DNA from: Roseibacillus sp.
GTDB taxonomy: Bacteria > Verrucomicrobiota > Verrucomicrobiia > Verrucomicrobiales > Akkermansiaceae
Assembly: GCA_051251855.1 (NCBI GenBank)
Contig: JBPOGI010000003.1
Location: 320,001-384,000 of the forward strand
Direction: 5' to 3'
Length of the DNA: 64,000 nucleotides
The translations under genes were made by a program, and so were the position numbers. The notes beneath the pieces are model-generated. The model was not told where the DNA came from. It made no database searches and saw only the letters and a list, made by a program, of their open reading frames with translations. Of this stretch, positions 18,755 to 27,889 are shown in pieces; position 1 is the stretch's first letter, and every line of letters begins with the position of its first letter.

Positions 18755-19438
18755 TTAGCGGCGACGACGAACGAGAAGGCCTGCAAGACCTAATCCGAGA
18801 AGGCTGAAAGCAGAAGGCTCAGGAATGACCACAAAGCCGACGTTATCGAATCCGATCGAAGATTGAAGATTACCACCAGCATTGTTGGAAACTGGAGTCA
18901 AGAGAGGGACTACTTTGACAGCTAATGCAGCTGGATCAATGGTGTAGGACCATGTGTAGTTCGCCCAAGAGCTGGACTGTCCAGAAGCTGGCATATCACC
19001 ACTATTGGTCAGGATCGTGGGAGCACCGCCCCCGTCAACACCCCAAGATTCCAATTTGACTCCACCAAGGCCATCGCCTGAGATGTTAATCATGTCCATG
19101 CTGAAGTCATAAGTTTCTCCGGCAACAAGGCCCAAATCTCCGAGTGGGATTCCATCGTTTCCTGGGTATTGGAAGTCAGCAGGAGAAACGAGTCCACCAC
19201 CCCAAGCTCCAGCGGTGTTGTCAACGAGGCCATAGCCACCGGTGTTTCCGCCAGTGGAAGGGTAAGATATTAAGGTCTCTGCCACAACAACAGGAGGGTC
19301 GCCGGCTGTTTGTATAGAAGCGAAAGAGCCCCAGCTGGTACCACCCGCGGAAAAGTCCCCGTTAGGAACAAGGTTCAAGACTGCGCTCGCGGAGCCGATC
19401 ATCCCGATGCTAGTCAGGCTTACAATTAGTTTTTTCAT
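18755..19438 (-). CDS. PEP-CTERM surface protein
   Basis: Signal peptide MKKLIVSLTSIG, NLVPNGDFS (carbohydrate-binding-like start), C-terminal IPEPSAFSLLGLGLAGLLVRRRR. Confidence 0.92.
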   Translation of the reverse strand: MKKLIVSLTSIGMIGSASAVLNLVPNGDFSAGGTSWGSFASIQTAGDPPVVVAETLISYPSTGGNTGGYGLVDNTAGAWGGGLVSPADFQYPGNDGIPLGDLGLVAGETYDFSMDMINISGDGLGGVKLESWGVDGGGAPTILTNSGDMPASGQSSSWANYTWSYTIDPAALAVKVVPLLTPVSNNAGGNLQSSIGFDNVGFVVIPEPSAFSLLGLGLAGLLVRRRR

Positions 19439-19492
19439 GTGTTTGGTTTTATGTTGGTTAATTGTGAAGCCACAATCCGCAGCCTCGTATGT

Positions 19493-19527
19493 TGCATAAA
19501 ATTGCAATCTAGTTGTATTAAATTGCA
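19493..19527. promoter_or_regulatory. Tandem candidate operators (21-bp period)
   Basis: TGCATAAAATTGCA (19493) and TGTATTAAATTGCA (19514), in an AT-rich divergent intergenic region. Confidence 0.5.
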
Positions 19528-19723
19528 CTGATTTGGATTTTGCAATGATTAAATTGCCTTCATCTGGCTGGGCATCATCGCTCGCGAAGGTGAGACGGTT
19601 TATTCTTAGGTTCCCTTAAGGTGCTGATTGTGAGGGTGTCACCATGAGAAGATGGCGTCTAAAAAATTCGATTCGGAAGGGAATAACTTGGTGAAGTGGA
19701 GGGACCTTTCTATGGTTCGAGAG

Positions 19724-20644
19724 ATGAAGGTTTTCTACTCGATATTATTCGTTATGATGGGAATCGTTTCGGCAGGAGCGGAGGTAGCTTGGGTGTCGTT
19801 GAGCAAGGTGGGAGGCTTGAAGGCTTACAAGGGGCAGGTGGCGCTCTTTGGGGTGAAGGAGGAGTTGGAGAGTCTGACGATGGCGATTCGGGGAGAGGGG
19901 ATGGATTCGTTTGCCGTGGCAGATGTTCGCAAAGAGGAGAATGGGTTGTTGTTGCTGGAGATTGCGTTTCAGCCGACGGTTGAGCGGGGTTTCTTTTCGG
20001 CGGAGTTGGTGGTGGGTGCTGGTGAGGGGGCGCAGGTGATTCAGTTGCGCGGGGTGGCGATTAAAGCTTTGGAGGGGAAGAATGAGCCACCTTTACAGGA
20101 GGTCTTGGATTCTTTAGGTGCGGGGATTGATGTGGGCGGGGCGATGTTGTCGTTGAGCACAAGTGAGAAGACGATTGGGGATTCGGTGTCGGCGACTCGG
20201 TTTGAGCCGGTGAAGGGTGGTTCGGTGAAGTTGACGCCTTTGGCACGTTACTCGCCTCCGGGCGTGACTCCGTTTGGGTTGGCGATTGAGGAGGGGAAAG
20301 TGCTACGATTGGAGACGGTGGGTGAACTTGGAGCGACGAGCAAAGAGCGTCCGGATGCGCATCAGACTTTGCGGCCTCCTTTGAGTGGTGGCCAGGCAGT
20401 GGTGACTTTGGCGGAGCCGCCGAAACGGTTTGGTCTCTTTTTGAAGGCGCATAGGTATACTTCGTTGACGTTCCCTGGGCGGTCGGAGGGGGCGACGATT
20501 GAGCATACGGCGCGGATCTATCCGGTGAAGATGTTTCAGGGAAAAGCTGTGAAGGATGCGTATGTGGTGGGGTTTGAGGAGGCGTCGAATGGGGATTATC
20601 AAGATGCGGTGTTCTTGATTGAGGGCGTGAAGGCAGTGAAGTGA
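19724..20644 (+). CDS. Secreted hypothetical protein (DUF4114-like C-terminus)
   Basis: Signal peptide MKVFYSILFVMMGIVSAGA; C-terminal GFEEASNGDYQDAVF. Confidence 0.7.
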   Translation: MKVFYSILFVMMGIVSAGAEVAWVSLSKVGGLKAYKGQVALFGVKEELESLTMAIRGEGMDSFAVADVRKEENGLLLLEIAFQPTVERGFFSAELVVGAGEGAQVIQLRGVAIKALEGKNEPPLQEVLDSLGAGIDVGGAMLSLSTSEKTIGDSVSATRFEPVKGGSVKLTPLARYSPPGVTPFGLAIEEGKVLRLETVGELGATSKERPDAHQTLRPPLSGGQAVVTLAEPPKRFGLFLKAHRYTSLTFPGRSEGATIEHTARIYPVKMFQGKAVKDAYVVGFEEASNGDYQDAVFLIEGVKAVK

Positions 20645-20856
20645 GGGGGCGGTGAGAAATTTCTTTGAACAGGAGGAAAGGAGTGGAGAGGAGCCCGACC
20701 GAGGTTTTGGTGACTGGTAGTGTTGTTCCGTCTGGAGAGAAAGCCTGTACTGGTGAGGTAACCATGGACTGGGACGGATAGTGGCGATGACTAAAGCCGA
20801 ATGGCTCTGTGATAGGCGGAAAATCAGAAGCTTATAAAAGAAGTGGACGCAGGCTC

Positions 20857-21002
20857 GGGAGAGTGGCTTTTCAAGCCGCTTGGGTGGATCTCGCTGAGAG
20901 GAGGGCGGACGAATCATGGCAGGAACAGCGGATTCGGGAACGAACAGGCCTACCTTCAACATTCTCTATTTTGAGATGGCGGCTTGGAAAGACCGCGCTC
21001 CC
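20857..21002. repeat. Inverted REP-like pair, GGGAG family
   Basis: GGGAGAGTGGCTTTTCAAGCCGC (20857-20879) with inverted GGGAGCGCGGTCTTTCCAAGCCGC (20979-21002). Confidence 0.55.
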
Positions 21003-21041
21003 ATTTCTTTGCCTTCGGCGCTCCGCTCGGTTCTGAGTGTT

Positions 21042-21464
21042 TCACTCTTCACCAAAGAAGGGGCTGTGGGGTTTCTGTTTGGTTTTGTCCCACTCGCGGC
21101 GCTTCTTTTTGGTCATGCGGCCTTGGTCGCCTTCTTGGCGGAAGATGCGTTCGTCTCGGAGGATTTTGCGTTTTTCTTCCACCGCTTTGAGGACGTCGGC
21201 GGAGGTGTGATCAAGGTGGGCTTCGCGGGCGAGAGGAGCGGAGACGCGTTTCTCGATGAGTTGCACGACCTCGATGTGACGAACATGGGTATTCTCGGGG
21301 ACGGTGATGTCGAGGTGGTCACCGACTTGGAGAGTGGTCGAGGGTTTGAGCGCCTTTTGAGCGCGCTTGATTTTGCCTGCTTGGCAGGCTTTGGTCGCTA
21401 GCGAGCGGGTCTTGTAGAGGCGGACGGCCCAGAGCCACTTATCGAGTCGGCAACTGTCAGGCAT
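21042..21464 (-). CDS. hslR: Ribosome-associated heat shock protein Hsp15 (S4 domain)
   Basis: RLDKWLWAVRLYKTRSLA and GRMTKKKRRE motifs. Confidence 0.9.
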   Translation of the reverse strand: MPDSCRLDKWLWAVRLYKTRSLATKACQAGKIKRAQKALKPSTTLQVGDHLDITVPENTHVRHIEVVQLIEKRVSAPLAREAHLDHTSADVLKAVEEKRKILRDERIFRQEGDQGRMTKKKRREWDKTKQKPHSPFFGEE

Positions 21465-21475
21465 GAGAGAGGAGT

Positions 21476-22744
21476 TTAGGGGCGTTTGTCTCCCGCAGGT
21501 GTTCGGTAGCGTGAGAGGGCGGTGAGGGTGTAGCCAGTACCGTAGGCTTGGTGGTAGTCGTAGAGAGGATAGTCCCACCAGGAGCCATTTTTTTCCTGCT
21601 TTCCGAGGAGGAGGCGGGCGAGTGGCTCGCGGAGATCGGCGCGGTCTTGTTCCTCTAACAGGGAGAAGGCTTCGGAGGCGTAGTAGTGTCCGTAATGGTA
21701 GAAGTAGCCGGAGAGTTGGAAGTGGGTTTCGTGAGGGATGGGGCGCTTGCGGCTGTTGGCGAGAAAGCCGTCTCGCTTAACGAGGCGGTCGAGCCACTCG
21801 ATGATGCGGGCGTCGGTGAGGTCTTCATCTTCGAAGGCACGGAGGGCAACGTTGCACGCCTGGCTGCGCGCGAGAGAGCCGGCGGGACGGTTGATGCCTC
21901 GGCGGGGGACTCGCCAGTGGGGAAGGGAGTAGGCGAAGGCTCCATCGGGGGATTCCTGCTTTTTGATGCTGCGAAGAGCTCGTTGGACGATACGGTCATT
22001 GAGCTGAATACCAAAGGTGTCGCGGGCATCGCGAAGGGCGAGGAGGACGGAGGCGGTGGTGAATGAGGTGGGAGATCCGGCGGGTTTCTGGGTGTGGACA
22101 ACGAAGTCATAGTAGCCCCAGCCTCCATTAATGAATTCGTAGCGATAGAGCATTTCCACTTGTTGTTCGGCCAGGCGAGCAAGGGCGGCTTGCTTAGAGA
22201 GGTTGCCGTCGTGGTAATGGTGGAGGGCGGCGAGAGTGCGGATGCCGTAGGCGTGGCCCCAGTTGTTGTAGATTGTGACTTGTTCGGCACGCCGCAGGCG
22301 GGGCAGTTGATCGAGGAGCCAGGCTTCGCCTTTCGCAATGGCGGCGATGGTTTCGGGGCGACGGTCTCCGGTGGAGAGAAGGCCTTCGAGGGCGAGGGCG
22401 CTGGCTCCGGTGCGGAAGGCGTGGTGAGCCCCAGGAATGGGGGCTTTGATATTGAGGCCTTTGGTCTTGGTGGCGCTGCCCCAAGAGCCGCTGGAGTTCT
22501 GTTTTTGAATAAGGTAGTCGAGGCCTCGTGTGATTGCTGATTCGAGTTCAGTGTCGAAATCAGGGGCGGGCTCGGGCGCTTTAGGGACGGGAGCGCTGTC
22601 GGTCTTTAGTTCGCTGGTCGCTGGAGGAGTAGTCTCGGATCTCGGAGTCGGGGCAGACTTCGGATCCTGAACGGGAGTTTCGGTTTGTCCGCTTGCCCAA
22701 AGAGTGAGGGAGAGCGTGCAAAGGGTGAGACGAGCAAGGGACAT
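21476..22744 (-). CDS. Secreted prenyltransferase/squalene oxidase repeat protein
   Basis: QW-type repeats GLDYLIQKQNSSGSW, NGGWGY and KQEKNGSWWD; signal peptide. Confidence 0.8.
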   Translation of the reverse strand: MSLARLTLCTLSLTLWASGQTETPVQDPKSAPTPRSETTPPATSELKTDSAPVPKAPEPAPDFDTELESAITRGLDYLIQKQNSSGSWGSATKTKGLNIKAPIPGAHHAFRTGASALALEGLLSTGDRRPETIAAIAKGEAWLLDQLPRLRRAEQVTIYNNWGHAYGIRTLAALHHYHDGNLSKQAALARLAEQQVEMLYRYEFINGGWGYYDFVVHTQKPAGSPTSFTTASVLLALRDARDTFGIQLNDRIVQRALRSIKKQESPDGAFAYSLPHWRVPRRGINRPAGSLARSQACNVALRAFEDEDLTDARIIEWLDRLVKRDGFLANSRKRPIPHETHFQLSGYFYHYGHYYASEAFSLLEEQDRADLREPLARLLLGKQEKNGSWWDYPLYDYHQAYGTGYTLTALSRYRTPAGDKRP

Positions 22745-22747
22745 AAC

Positions 22748-24229
22748 CTAAAGGAGAATCACTTGGCCTTCTTCGAGTCCGGAGAGAACTTCCACGACTT
22801 TACCGTTCTTTTTACCGAGTTCGATGGGGCGCTCTTCGGCGTCACCTTCGGAGAGTTTGACCATGACGTAGGTGGCACCGTCTTCATGAGTCTTGATCGC
22901 GTCGCTGGGAATGGTGATGGTGCTTTCCGCCTGATAGAAGACGAGCTCAGCCTTGTCCTTTTCACTGGGGAACTGGAAGTCTTTGGCAGGCTTGGCTGCG
23001 AGGGTGACGAGGTGTTTGCCGCTGAGGTTAGGGTAGGAAGCGATGGTGACTTCGGGCGCGCCTTCGTTGCTTTCGGCGAGGGAGGTTTGCAGTTCTTTGA
23101 CCTTTTCGGTGTCGAGGAGGGCGTGGATGGCAAGAGGTGAGTCTTTAGCGACGAGGGTGAGGACGGTATTGTTGGTGGGAACATTGCCGCCGACCTTGAG
23201 GAACTCGCCGGTTTTGCCTTTCTTCCACTGGCCATCGGCAAGTTCGCCATAGACGAGGTTGCCATCGAATTCGGCGACGATGTCGAAGAGCTTGCGGTCA
23301 GCCTCGGTCTCGGCGAGGGCTTCCTTGGTGTCGGTGAGGGTGCGTTCGAGTTTGGCGACTTCGAGTTTCTTGAGTTCGTAGCTTCGCTCAAGATTGAGTT
23401 TGGCGGTGGCGTAGTCGATGCGGGCGGTTTCGACTTTTTCTTGGAGTCCGATGAGTTCGCGAGGAAGGGTTGTTTCGAGCGAACGGGCGTTGCGGCGCTT
23501 TACGTCCTTGAGGTTGTTCTCTGAATTGCGAACGTTGGCTTTTTGGCGAGTGAGGATGATTTCCTCGGTCTCTTCGGTGATGTCGTCTTCCTCATACATT
23601 TTGAGGAGTTGGGTGAGTTCTTCCTTTTGGTAGCTGAGGTAGTCCTCGGCTTGCTGTTGGGATTGGGCGAGGGATTCCTTGCGTGCGGGAAGTCCGGTGG
23701 TTTGATGGTAGGCGAGGTCGGCTTCGGCGTTGTCCATACGGCGCTTGGCTCCAGCGAGGGTGAGGGCGTTCTTTTGCTGAAGTTCGGTGAGCTCGCGATT
23801 AGCGATGGCGAGTTTGAGTTCCTGCGATTTGACGTTGTCGGCTTGGTCGATGAGGGACTTGTCGATAGCTTCTGTTTTGAAAACAATGAGAGGTTCGCCA
23901 GCTTTGATTTCAGCGCCGTGATCAGGGACGGATTCGATCGAGAAGGACTTCCAGCGCTCGGGAGTGAGGGTGAGCGTTTGGGTTTTGGTGGGAATGAGAA
24001 TGCCGCTGATTTCGGTCTTGATGGAGAAGGGACCTGCAGTGACGGTGTGCTCCTTAGCGTTGGGAGGCGCTTTCTCTTTCACTTGAGGAACTTCTTCAAT
24101 GAGGTCTTCCGCGACTTCTTTGACGTCCTCTTTGACGTCCTGAGCATCTTCCTTTTTTTCGACGGTTGGTTCCTGCGCTGCGGAGGCCAAGGTGAGGGCG
24201 AGTGCAGCAAAAAGCGATTTCATAAGCAT
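22748..24229 (-). CDS. HlyD/efflux periplasmic adaptor-like protein
   Basis: Signal peptide, lipoyl-like halves flanking a coiled coil, C-terminal IPSDAI...VEVLSGLEEGQVI. Confidence 0.75.
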   Translation of the reverse strand: MLMKSLFAALALTLASAAQEPTVEKKEDAQDVKEDVKEVAEDLIEEVPQVKEKAPPNAKEHTVTAGPFSIKTEISGILIPTKTQTLTLTPERWKSFSIESVPDHGAEIKAGEPLIVFKTEAIDKSLIDQADNVKSQELKLAIANRELTELQQKNALTLAGAKRRMDNAEADLAYHQTTGLPARKESLAQSQQQAEDYLSYQKEELTQLLKMYEEDDITEETEEIILTRQKANVRNSENNLKDVKRRNARSLETTLPRELIGLQEKVETARIDYATAKLNLERSYELKKLEVAKLERTLTDTKEALAETEADRKLFDIVAEFDGNLVYGELADGQWKKGKTGEFLKVGGNVPTNNTVLTLVAKDSPLAIHALLDTEKVKELQTSLAESNEGAPEVTIASYPNLSGKHLVTLAAKPAKDFQFPSEKDKAELVFYQAESTITIPSDAIKTHEDGATYVMVKLSEGDAEERPIELGKKNGKVVEVLSGLEEGQVILL

Positions 24230-24350
24230 GTGTCTGGTAGTTACCTACCATAGAGCTTGGAAAAGGCGAGGGTAAAGGACTCACGGGCGATAGCGGCGCT
24301 TTCCGAAGGCGGGACGAGGTCGTCTATTCGTTCGTGAGAGGGGAAGGCGG

Positions 24351-24590
24351 TTACCGGTGGGGGCCGAGGTGGCAGCGCATGCCGGTGAAGTGCTCGTCGG
24401 CGTAGCTGAGGGGGCGAAAGACGTAGTAGAGAGCGGGCTTTTCCTTTGGGAAAATGACGTATTGGAGTCCGTCGGTGTGGGTGGCGACAAAAAGGAGGCG
24501 GAGCATGAGGTAGGCGCCTAGGTAGATGAACAGGACCCCGCTGGGGAGAGCGAGGATGTGTTTGAAGAGGCGGGTGGGGAGGAAGAGCAT
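24351..24590 (-). CDS. Small membrane hypothetical protein
   Basis: 79 aa with one TM helix; starts 6 nt after the argD stop. Confidence 0.6.
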   Translation of the reverse strand: MLFLPTRLFKHILALPSGVLFIYLGAYLMLRLLFVATHTDGLQYVIFPKEKPALYYVFRPLSYADEHFTGMRCHLGPHR

Positions 24591-24596
24591 GGGAGG

Positions 24597-25853
24597 CTAG
24601 AGCTGATCGAGGGTTTGCTTGAGGATGGTGAGGGCCTCGCTGGTTTCGGCTTCGGTGATATTGAGTGGGGGTAGGAACCGGATGGCGTCGGGGCCAGCGG
24701 GGGGGACGAGGAGTTTGTTTTTGAGGAGCTCGCTGCAGAGGTGAACGGCGATGGTTTTGCCTTCGGGGGCTTTCATGGCATCGGGATTGAGGACGATGCC
24801 GAGCATGAGGCCTTTGCCGCGCACTTTGAGGATGGCGGGATGGTTCCAGCTGGCGATGGTCTCGCGGATTTGTTGCTCGCGAGCGAGGGCGTTGGCGGGA
24901 AGGTCGGCTTTAGCGATCTCGTTGAGGACGGCAAGAGAAGTTTGGGCAGCAAGGGGGTTGCCGCCGTAGGTGGAGCCGTGCGAACCGGGGCCGAGGAGGG
25001 AGGGCAAGGTGGTGCCTTCGTTGTCGACGGCACGGTCGTTGACCCAAAAGGCACCGATAGGAATACCGCCGCCCATGCCTTTGGCCCAAGAAATGGCGTC
25101 AGGTTGGAGGTCGGGGACGCCGAGGGCGCGCCAGGCCATCATTTCACCGAGCCGGCCGAAGCCGCACTGCACTTCGTCGAGGAGAAGGAGTAGGTTGTGG
25201 GTTTTGCAGAGACGGGCCACGCCTTCGAGGAACTCTGCGGTGGCGGGGTTGACGCCGCCCTCGCCTTGGATGGGCTCCAGTAGGATGGCGCAGGTCTCGG
25301 GGCTAATTGCGTCCGCGAGGGTGCTGAGCTGATTGAAGGGGACGTGGCGAAAACCGGGGAGGAGGGGATCAAAGCCTTCTTTGATTTTCTGCTGCCCAGT
25401 GGCGGCGATGCCTCCGAGGGTGCGGCCGTGGAAGGATTTGTTGAAGGTGATGATTTCCGACCGTGAGTTTCCGCTGACGGGGTCGGGGGTGTGATTGCCA
25501 AACCGGCGGGCGAGCTTGATGAGCCCGTCATTGGCCTCGGCACCGGAGTTGGCGAAGAAGGTCTTTCCCGAAATCTCGACGAGGTCGTTGATGAGCAGGG
25601 CGAGATGGGCGGCGGGCTGGGTGTGGTAGAGGTTGGAAACGTGGATGAGGGTGCGTGCCTGCTTCTCGATGGCATCGATCATCACGGGATGGCAATGCCC
25701 GAGGGAGCAGACGGCGATTCCGGCACAGAAGTCGAGGTAGCTTTGGCCTTGGTCATCCCAGACGCGAGTGCCTTCGCCTTTCACCAAAGTGAGAGGGAAG
25801 CGGGCGTAGGTCGCCAGAATGGGTGCGGTGGTAGGGTCAATGCTTGTGGACAC
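24597..25853 (-). CDS. argD: Acetylornithine aminotransferase (class III PLP)
   Basis: SLGHCHP, NSGAEAN, SFHGRT, EPIQGEGG, DEVQCG, AKGMGGG and HGSTYGGNP motifs. Confidence 0.9.
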   Translation of the reverse strand: MSTSIDPTTAPILATYARFPLTLVKGEGTRVWDDQGQSYLDFCAGIAVCSLGHCHPVMIDAIEKQARTLIHVSNLYHTQPAAHLALLINDLVEISGKTFFANSGAEANDGLIKLARRFGNHTPDPVSGNSRSEIITFNKSFHGRTLGGIAATGQQKIKEGFDPLLPGFRHVPFNQLSTLADAISPETCAILLEPIQGEGGVNPATAEFLEGVARLCKTHNLLLLLDEVQCGFGRLGEMMAWRALGVPDLQPDAISWAKGMGGGIPIGAFWVNDRAVDNEGTTLPSLLGPGSHGSTYGGNPLAAQTSLAVLNEIAKADLPANALAREQQIRETIASWNHPAILKVRGKGLMLGIVLNPDAMKAPEGKTIAVHLCSELLKNKLLVPPAGPDAIRFLPPLNITEAETSEALTILKQTLDQL

Positions 25854-25970
25854 GCAAGAGATGAACCCTTTTTTCGCCTTTTGATCAAATCGGAAACAAG
25901 GCTTTGAGAAGGAACCTCTCTGCGCCACAAGCGGAAGGTAAGCTCTTCCGGCTCAGTCGAAGATCTGAAT

Positions 25971-26531
25971 CTACTTTTTCTTAGCTTCGGTGGTGACTGC
26001 TTTGGTCGTGCTGCCGCCGGCGAGAGGGCGGACGGTAATGACGTGCGCGTCCCAAGAGACTTTCGACTTGGATTGCGAGAGGACATACTTGAGCGCGACT
26101 GAAGCAGGGATGTTTCGGAGGCTGATGTTGACCTTATTTTTCTTGATGGTGCCGGAGGTGTCTTCAATAACGAAGTTGGGGACGAAGGTTTTATCACTGG
26201 CTTTTTCGACCATGACCGCGAGACCTTCGAGACTTTCTTCAAGGGTAAGATCTTCGAAGGCGACTTTGGGAAGGATGATCGAGTTGAGTTTATCTTGGCG
26301 GGCTTTAATGCGGGCACTGGCGGTGAGGTCCTTCATGGAGAGAAGGCGGTATTTAGCGTTGCCGTGTTTGGGATCGAGTTTGAGTGCGCTGCGGTAAGAG
26401 CTCTCGGCTAGGGCGATTTTTCCTTCCTTGAGAGCGGTTTCGCCTTGTTTGAAGTAGTCTTCAGCGTTGGGTGATTTGGCAAGAAGGGGGGTCGTTAGGC
26501 CCAAGACGAGGACGAGGATGAGGTGTTTCAT
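25971..26531 (-). CDS. Secreted TPR plus STN-like domain protein
   Basis: Signal peptide, TPR-like YFKQGETAL...ALKLDP, then ILPKVAFEDLTLEE...ISLRNIP..ALKY. Confidence 0.7.
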   Translation of the reverse strand: MKHLILVLVLGLTTPLLAKSPNAEDYFKQGETALKEGKIALAESSYRSALKLDPKHGNAKYRLLSMKDLTASARIKARQDKLNSIILPKVAFEDLTLEESLEGLAVMVEKASDKTFVPNFVIEDTSGTIKKNKVNISLRNIPASVALKYVLSQSKSKVSWDAHVITVRPLAGGSTTKAVTTEAKKK

Positions 26532-26625
26532 TTGTTTATTGGTGTTAGCGTTTTGAAATGATCGATCTGTGCAGGATCAACCACCTAGCACACTACATGA
26601 TACAGAGAGACACGTCAAGAACACC

Positions 26626-27126
26626 TCATCGCACGGGGGTGATGACGGTGGTGGCGAGCCAGGGGCCGGACTTGGGGTGAAGGGTGGCGTGCCAAAACCA
26701 AGGGGAGGGTGAAGTCCATGATTTGTGGCCGTCGGTGATTTGTTCGCGGACGTGAAGGGTCTGGTGGTGGTTGCTGGCGTAGTAGGTGAGCCAGTTGTCG
26801 GAGTCGACCTTGCGTTCAGTGATTTGATAGCCGCCGGAGCGGAGGCAGGTCTCGGAAGCGTGCAGGCGACGAGTGCCGCGAGTGGCACGTCGAAGGATGA
26901 CTTGGCGGCCGGCGGAGCGGAAGGTGGCGATGTCGCCGGGGAAGTCGCCGGCGAAGGTTTTCTCGAATTCGGTAGGCTCCACAAGGTGGAGCGCGGCCCC
27001 TTCGAAGTGGGTAGGCCACTCGGAGAGTTTGGGAATGATGGATTGGTCGCGGTGGGAGAAGACGCGTGCGCCTTGAATGAGCCCTAGGCTGGCGCCGAGG
27101 AGGAGGAGAGGTGTGGATGTGAGCAT
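26626..27126 (-). CDS. Exosortase Q-like C-terminal (EpsI-like) domain protein
   Basis: WPTHFEG...FAGDFPG.IATF...TRRLHASETCLRSGGY...WFWHA resembles the C-terminal region of exosortase Q. Overlaps the upstream gene by 43 nt. Confidence 0.65.
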   Translation of the reverse strand: MLTSTPLLLLGASLGLIQGARVFSHRDQSIIPKLSEWPTHFEGAALHLVEPTEFEKTFAGDFPGDIATFRSAGRQVILRRATRGTRRLHASETCLRSGGYQITERKVDSDNWLTYYASNHHQTLHVREQITDGHKSWTSPSPWFWHATLHPKSGPWLATTVITPVR

Positions 27127-27887
27127 TTTGTTTTGGTCTTTCGTTTGGTTTGTTTGATGAAGGTGAGAAGGATGAGGGCGACGAAAAGGTGGAGGGCGAG
27201 GCCGAGTGCTTCGTGGGTCCAATAGGGAAGGGTGAGGAGTCCGGCCTCGGGGAAGAAGAGGAGGGTGGCGCGTAGGATGTTGGCGAGAAAACTAAGAAGA
27301 ATGGCGCAGGGAATGAGGGGGAGGAATTTTTTCCATGGGAGATGATGGAGGGCAGCGAGAGCGCAGGTGAGGTAACCGGTGAACCAGAGCATGCGGATTC
27401 CAGAGCAAGGTGGGTCGACGCCGACTTCGGCGCTTTGGAAGAGGAGGAGGGTGCCTTCGCGGGTGACGGGGAGGCCACTGAGGGTGAGGAGGATTTCGGC
27501 GCAGGTGGCGATTCCCAGTCGGACGGGCCAGGCAAAGTAGAAGTTGAGGGAGGCCATCACGGGAAGGGAGAGGATGAGAAGGCCGGTGAGGCCCGGGTTG
27601 CGGATGAGACCGCTGGCAACGGCGATGGTGAGAAGGCTGAGGGTGGCGGTGAGCAGTGGTGGCAGGAAAAAGGAGGCGATGATGGTGAGGGTGAGTAAGG
27701 AGAGGCCGAGGAGTTGGTGGGGGCGAAAGCTCTGGAGCTGGGGCCACGCCAATATTCCAATGGTGATGAGGGCGAGAAGCCCAATGGGTTCGTTGGTAGG
27801 GTCGGTGGTGCGGCGAACAAACCAAAGAATCTGTGGCCACAACGCCAGTGCATAGGCGAGAATGGGCAGGATTACTTTGCGGCTCAT
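27084..27887 (-). CDS. Exosortase (XrtQ-like)
   Basis: Multi-TM protein with catalytic-triad motifs PCSG, ANILR and HEALG; follows the VIT-PEP-CTERM gene after 2 nt. Confidence 0.88.
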   Translation of the reverse strand: MSRKVILPILAYALALWPQILWFVRRTTDPTNEPIGLLALITIGILAWPQLQSFRPHQLLGLSLLTLTIIASFFLPPLLTATLSLLTIAVASGLIRNPGLTGLLILSLPVMASLNFYFAWPVRLGIATCAEILLTLSGLPVTREGTLLLFQSAEVGVDPPCSGIRMLWFTGYLTCALAALHHLPWKKFLPLIPCAILLSFLANILRATLLFFPEAGLLTLPYWTHEALGLALHLFVALILLTFIKQTKRKTKTKCSHPHLSSSSAPA

Positions 27888-27889
27888 GG

